In this document: positions 25,656-30,094 of the stretch, in pieces
Layout of the letters: each line of letters starts with the position of its first letter
Numbering within the stretch: the first letter of the stretch is position 1
IMG/VR virus record: IMGVR_UViG_3300017589_000288
Span: 1 to 30,094 of that record
DNA length: 30,094 bases
Reading direction: 5' to 3' (one strand)
Origin: a virus
Lineage: Duplodnaviria; Caudoviricetes
Position numbers and translations under genes: made by a program
The notes under the pieces: model-generated
The model's input: the letters and a program-made list of their open reading frames with translations, nothing else
The model's database searches: none
What the model was told of the DNA's origin: nothing

Positions 25656-28600
25656 TGGGAAGAAAAGCACAGGTAGATGTCTCCATTAATGGTGAACAGG
25701 CTAAAGCTGAACTAAAAAAAATAGCCGATAAAATTGAAGAGCTTGAAGCCGTTAAAAAGAAACTTTTGCAGGATGGCAAAAGTGTTGACGGTGTAAATAA
25801 GGAAATCAAAAAACTCAATTCAGAAGCTGCCCGGTTAAGCAAAAATATCATTGATGTAGACAACGTACTAAAAAATCTATCTTCAGCATCAATACATGAG
25901 TTAAATACTGCTTTACGTGTGTCCAGCCGAGAGCTGAACCAAATGAAGAGATCTGATCCTGGATTCAGTGAACAGCAAAAAAAAGTTAACACACTGAAAT
26001 CTGAATTAGATAGTGCAATAGGTAAAGCAAAAGTTCACCAGTCAACCATGGGGAAGCTTGCAGACGGTTTTAATAAATATTTCGGTATGGCGACAACGCT
26101 AGTGGCGTCTTTTACTGGTGTAATATTAGGTTTTCGCAAGGCTGCTGATGAGGCTGATAACTTTGAAAAGAGATTAGATGTATTATCATCTTTGACGGGT
26201 CTCGAGGGAAGAGAACTTGAGTACTTAGGAAATGAAGCCAAAAAGCTAAGTGTTTCAGTCTTAGAAGGTAATATTCGTATCACTGAATCTGCAGATAATA
26301 TTGTAGACGCTTATACAAAAATGGGATCGGCAAGACCAGAATTGCTCAAGAATAAGGAAGATCTTAATTCTGTAACTAAGGAAGCACTTATTCTGGCAGC
26401 TGCTGCTGATGGTGAAGTACAACCGGCTGTTGAAGCACTTGCAGGAACACTTAATCAATTTAATTATAAAGCGTCAGAATCCAGAAGAATCATAAATACC
26501 ATTGCAGCCGGTTCTAAAGAAGGTGCCGGTGAAATCCCTTACCTAACAGTAGCAATTGAAAAGAGCGGTACTGTTGCAAAAGATGCAGGTGTAGAAATTG
26601 AAGAATTAGTCGGTATTATTGAAACCTTAGCTCCAAGAATATCTTCTGCAGAAATAGCGGGAAGAAGTTTGAAAGGTGTATTTCTTGATCTTCAGAAAGG
26701 ATCTGATGATACAAATGATACAAATCCTGCAGTAGTTGGCTTTACTAAGGCTATTGAGAACTTATCGGCAAAACAATTATCCACCATCCAGCTTCAAAAG
26801 ATGTTTGGTGATGAAAACATCACCACTGCAAAGATTCTTCTCAACAATACCGAAGAATTAAAAAATTATACTGCAGCTGTTACCGGTACCAATGTCGCAC
26901 TTATACAAGCAGCAACCAACACTGATAATGATGCAACAAAAAAGGCTCAGGCTCTTAATCAGTTAAAACTTATTACCATTGAATTAGGAGAGAAGTTATC
27001 TCCAGCTTTAATAATGAGCACAAACGGTTTTACTTACTTATTGAAGGGACTTGCAGCACTTCCTGAATTCGTTGGCCGGTATCAAGTGGCTCTTATAGCA
27101 TTAACTGGTGCTGTTATAGCTCACAATGCTTCCATAATAAGATCAAATGCTCTAAAGGCTATAGATTTTATGTGGAACAGAAGTCTTGTTGCTCAATGGA
27201 TCAGAAACACTGTGGTGTTAAACACCATGGTTGCTGCTGAACGTTTAAGGGCAATATGGAACGCTAATGGAACCGTTGCCACAAAAGCTGCTACTACAGC
27301 TCAATGGCTTTGGAATGCAGCTGTTGCTGCCAATCCAATTGGACTAATCATTGCAGGTATTACGTCTCTGGTAGCAGCGATAAAGATTTATGACAAGTAT
27401 AATGCTGAATCTGTTAGGCTTGAGAAAGAGAAAAAGCAAAGGATTGAAGACGTCAAGCTTGCTTCAGATACATTGAATGTTAGTAATGAAATCAGGGGGA
27501 AATCGCTTGAAGCACTTAATACTCTCACAAAAGATCAGATTCAATTATTAGCTGATCAAACAAGTAGTACATTGAAACAAGCTGAAGCTGATCTTGAAAG
27601 TGCAAAAGCTAAGCAGCTGCTAACTCAGCAGGAAAATACGAGGGTTTCTTTGTGGCAGAAGATGGTAAATTATCTTGGATCAGGAGGAAACGTTGCTGTG
27701 TATGCCTCAAAAAATGCATTAGATGCTGCAGATAATGGATTAGAGGCAGCTAAGGAAATGCAGGAGGGAATTGATGCATTATGTGAGAGTATAAAACGTC
27801 TTAAAGATCAAAGCAATGAATTAAATAAGACTCTAACTGCAGAAGCTGATGCTGATAAGATCCAGAATCGCACACTTGGCCAGCTTGAAGAAAAATTAAG
27901 GCTTTATCAGACTGCACTGAAAGCAGCTACTATCGGATCAGAAGAATACACAAGGGTTCAAAAAAAGATATCAGACACTAATAAGCTAATTGCAAAAGAG
28001 CAGAATATTAATGTTAAAGAAATAGAGAAAAATATTGGTGAATATGCTAAACTAACGGATGAAGTTTCAAAGCTTGAGAAGCAAATTAAAGATCTCGTAG
28101 CTGCAAACAAACCGGTTCCTGATTCTTTGATTCATCAACTCGTATCAAAGAAAGAAGAGCTAAAGCAGATTGAGGAAACTGTTAAGAAAATAGGCCAGAA
28201 TATGGCAATAGTATCTGCAAGAAAAGCAGGCTTAATCCCTCAAGAGACACCAACTATTGATGGGACCATGCAACCAAGGTCCGGTAATACTGAAGTGTCC
28301 ATAGGAAAAAAATATACTGAAGAAGAACAAGATGAAAGGGAGCAGGCTGCTCTTTCAATTGCTGATTCCACGCAGAATGCCATTTTTGACATTGTAAGAA
28401 ATAGACAGCAAGCTGCATTTGATCACAAAATGTCACTTCTTGAGAAACAACGTGATGCTGAATTATCTAATGAAAAATTAACAGAAGAACAGAGGGATAA
28501 GATTCGTGAAAAATATAGGAAGAAAGAAGCTGCATTAAAACTAGAGCAATGGAAAAAGCAGAAAGCAGCTGATATCATTCAAGGCATTATTAAAGGTGCA

Positions 28601-29128
28601 CTTGCAGTGATCACTGCAATGGCACAAAATGGGTTATGGGCAGCGATTCCTGCAGGAGCCGCTGCAGCTGAAGAGATAACTGTAATTGCCTCACAGAAGC
28701 CTCCAGAATTTAAAGGAGGTGGTTTTACAAATAGTTCATTAAGCGATGACACTCCAGCTGGAGAAGTTCACGCTAATGAGTTTGTGGCAAATGCATATGC
28801 TACCAGGAATCCTTCAGTAAGAAAAGTTCTAAATATTATTGATATCGCACAGAAAACTGGTTCAATCAAATCAATAAACTTACCGGCAATCATTGCAAGT
28901 ACAGCATACGAAAGAAAACTTAAAGTTGGAGGATTCGTGACGCAGAGTATTGTTAATATTCCATCCTCGGATAATTCCGGTATGATCGATGCAATCGATA
29001 AATTTGGTAGTTATGTTGAAAAGCTGCAATCCATTAAAGTGCAAGTTGAAGCTGATGCCAGATTGGTCTATCAGGATTATAAGAAAATGGAGAAAAAGGA
29101 AGAAGAAGCCATCAGGCTAACAAGTTAA
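25655..29128 (+). CDS. tail tape measure protein
   Basis: 1157 aa Ala-rich helical protein; TP901-type core, ANPIGLII, and C-terminal FKGGGFT...GEVHANEFV. Confidence 0.93.
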   Translation: MGRKAQVDVSINGEQAKAELKKIADKIEELEAVKKKLLQDGKSVDGVNKEIKKLNSEAARLSKNIIDVDNVLKNLSSASIHELNTALRVSSRELNQMKRSDPGFSEQQKKVNTLKSELDSAIGKAKVHQSTMGKLADGFNKYFGMATTLVASFTGVILGFRKAADEADNFEKRLDVLSSLTGLEGRELEYLGNEAKKLSVSVLEGNIRITESADNIVDAYTKMGSARPELLKNKEDLNSVTKEALILAAAADGEVQPAVEALAGTLNQFNYKASESRRIINTIAAGSKEGAGEIPYLTVAIEKSGTVAKDAGVEIEELVGIIETLAPRISSAEIAGRSLKGVFLDLQKGSDDTNDTNPAVVGFTKAIENLSAKQLSTIQLQKMFGDENITTAKILLNNTEELKNYTAAVTGTNVALIQAATNTDNDATKKAQALNQLKLITIELGEKLSPALIMSTNGFTYLLKGLAALPEFVGRYQVALIALTGAVIAHNASIIRSNALKAIDFMWNRSLVAQWIRNTVVLNTMVAAERLRAIWNANGTVATKAATTAQWLWNAAVAANPIGLIIAGITSLVAAIKIYDKYNAESVRLEKEKKQRIEDVKLASDTLNVSNEIRGKSLEALNTLTKDQIQLLADQTSSTLKQAEADLESAKAKQLLTQQENTRVSLWQKMVNYLGSGGNVAVYASKNALDAADNGLEAAKEMQEGIDALCESIKRLKDQSNELNKTLTAEADADKIQNRTLGQLEEKLRLYQTALKAATIGSEEYTRVQKKISDTNKLIAKEQNINVKEIEKNIGEYAKLTDEVSKLEKQIKDLVAANKPVPDSLIHQLVSKKEELKQIEETVKKIGQNMAIVSARKAGLIPQETPTIDGTMQPRSGNTEVSIGKKYTEEEQDEREQAALSIADSTQNAIFDIVRNRQQAAFDHKMSLLEKQRDAELSNEKLTEEQRDKIREKYRKKEAALKLEQWKKQKAADIIQGIIKGALAVITAMAQNGLWAAIPAGAAAAEEITVIASQKPPEFKGGGFTNSSLSDDTPAGEVHANEFVANAYATRNPSVRKVLNIIDIAQKTGSIKSINLPAIIASTAYERKLKVGGFVTQSIVNIPSSDNSGMIDAIDKFGSYVEKLQSIKVQVEADARLVYQDYKKMEKKEEEAIRLTS

Positions 29129-29131
29129 TTT

Positions 29132-29166
29132 GTCCTTTGTCCTGGCATACTGCAGTATTAAACTTG
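29132..29166 (+). promoter_or_regulatory. candidate late promoter GTCCTTT-N20-TAAACTTG
   Basis: Motif copy 4; ends 4 nt before ATG 29171. Confidence 0.75.
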
Positions 29167-29170
29167 CAGT

Positions 29171-30094
29171 ATGTTCATGATTAGTCAGCAACCTCCAGTA
29201 GTCGCCCTTTCAGGGTCACCTTTAATCTTCACCATTTCCTCCGATCGGGTTGAAGATTTTTATAGAATCATGGCTCTTCCACTTTCTGAAGACCCTGATG
29301 TCGGCGACTTACTTCCATTGAAAAATAACCAGGCTAAATTCGACTTGCATGAATACTTTGCCGGTACCAGAAGTTCAGAGTTCGTCTTTGATAATACTTA
29401 TCTTCATTTGAATGTATGTAAGCCAGCAAACATTAGGTTCAAAGAGTATTTTGGAAATCCTCCGGAGGCCGTAAATGAGTTAAATTTTAATGGAAATATT
29501 CTAGGAGGAATCATTCCGAGATGGAAGCAAAATGAGTTCAGAGTACTTTACAATTCATTTCATGAGTATTTACTTTCAAAGAAACCTTATTTGACCTGGT
29601 ATCCAAGGGCCATTAAAAAAGTTCTACCGGACCAACCTGAACGACTCTATTTTTTAAATATCGGCATAGCAGCTACACTAAAGATTTTGGTAGGGGTTTA
29701 CTTTGATGATGGTTCTTTCGATCTATATGATCCTGATAGAAGTATCGAAGCCGGTCAATATCAGGTTGTATCCTTTGCAACAGGATTTGCAGTTTTGGGT
29801 ATAGAACCATGGGCAGTATTAAATCATACAGGGAAACGGATCACACATTACTATGTTTCAGTTACTCGGGATGGTTATGGTATTAGTGAGCCTTTCCTAT
29901 ATAAAGTTGATTATAAAGATTATCGTAACTTCCGTTACATTGTTTTTAAAAATTCTCTTTCCGGATGGGATACGATAGCATGTACCGGTGAATTTGATGA
30001 AACAACTGAAGTTGAAAGAAGCACTGCATCAAGGATTGCAGATGTTAATGATTTAAGCCGGTTGCATAAAATTGAATACAATCGTGAATCTTCA
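29171..30094 (+). CDS. tail/baseplate-region protein, truncated by the window end (MFMISQQPPVVALSGSPLIF...)
   Basis: Read manually; open to the end of the window; contains YLTWYP and FKNSLSGWDT; follows the tape measure gene. Confidence 0.8.
   Translation, partial: MFMISQQPPVVALSGSPLIFTISSDRVEDFYRIMALPLSEDPDVGDLLPLKNNQAKFDLHEYFAGTRSSEFVFDNTYLHLNVCKPANIRFKEYFGNPPEAVNELNFNGNILGGIIPRWKQNEFRVLYNSFHEYLLSKKPYLTWYPRAIKKVLPDQPERLYFLNIGIAATLKILVGVYFDDGSFDLYDPDRSIEAGQYQVVSFATGFAVLGIEPWAVLNHTGKRITHYYVSVTRDGYGISEPFLYKVDYKDYRNFRYIVFKNSLSGWDTIACTGEFDETTEVERSTASRIADVNDLSRLHKIEYNRESS

Larger units (their letters stand above)
1..30094 (+). mobile_element. Bacteroidota tailed phage/prophage segment (replication, head, packaging, accessory island, tail)
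   Basis: Co-oriented primase-helicase, S49 protease, capsid, terminase, portal and tape measure genes. No host housekeeping genes, integrase or att site in the window. Confidence 0.95.

Noticed and set aside
26706-26725. 9-nt duplication GATACAAAT in the tape measure gene (DTNDTN)
   Set aside because: Small in-frame slippage with no evident function.
2121-28436. Short opposite-strand or alternate-frame ORFs inside long genes (e.g. 2121-2360, 4961-5302, 11021-11371, 14131-14484, 25594-25992)
   Set aside because: Shadow ORFs of well-supported genes with no recognisable motifs.
1-30094. Stop-codon recoding, DGR, introns/inteins, tRNAs, integrase/att
   Set aside because: Genes are intact and densely packed in code 11; no reverse transcriptase, template/variable repeat pair, cloverleaf or recombinase was seen.

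Overview
The window is a segment of a tailed (siphovirus-like) temperate phage or prophage of a Bacteroidota host, judged from TAnnTTTG-type promoters, A-rich translation starts and a Flavo-1-like RNA. It runs from a replication/early module (primase-helicase fusion, DnaA-domain-IV-like protein, small variable genes) through an iteron-rich candidate origin to head genes (S49 protease/scaffold, major capsid), a probable tail tube gene and terminase. A ~6.2 kb accessory island follows, then portal, neck/tail genes, tape measure and a truncated tail gene. The island holds a leftward unknown/ArdC-N/SymE-like operon, a lipoprotein, a structured-leader antirepressor operon, a candidate sRNA, and a self-contained SDH/ClpP-fold protease-Zn-finger plus micro-protein cassette. 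The most notable observations are: (i) a four-copy GTCCTTT-N20-TAnnHTTG promoter motif with invariant spacing, in front of structural operons and one accessory gene; (ii) the protease plus micro-protein cassette; (iii) a candidate sRNA complementary to translation starts of the ArdC/SymE operon; (iv) a start-associated CCGGAACGGAGGCCGG repeat marking variable early genes. All assignments come from reading motifs by eye; no searches were run.
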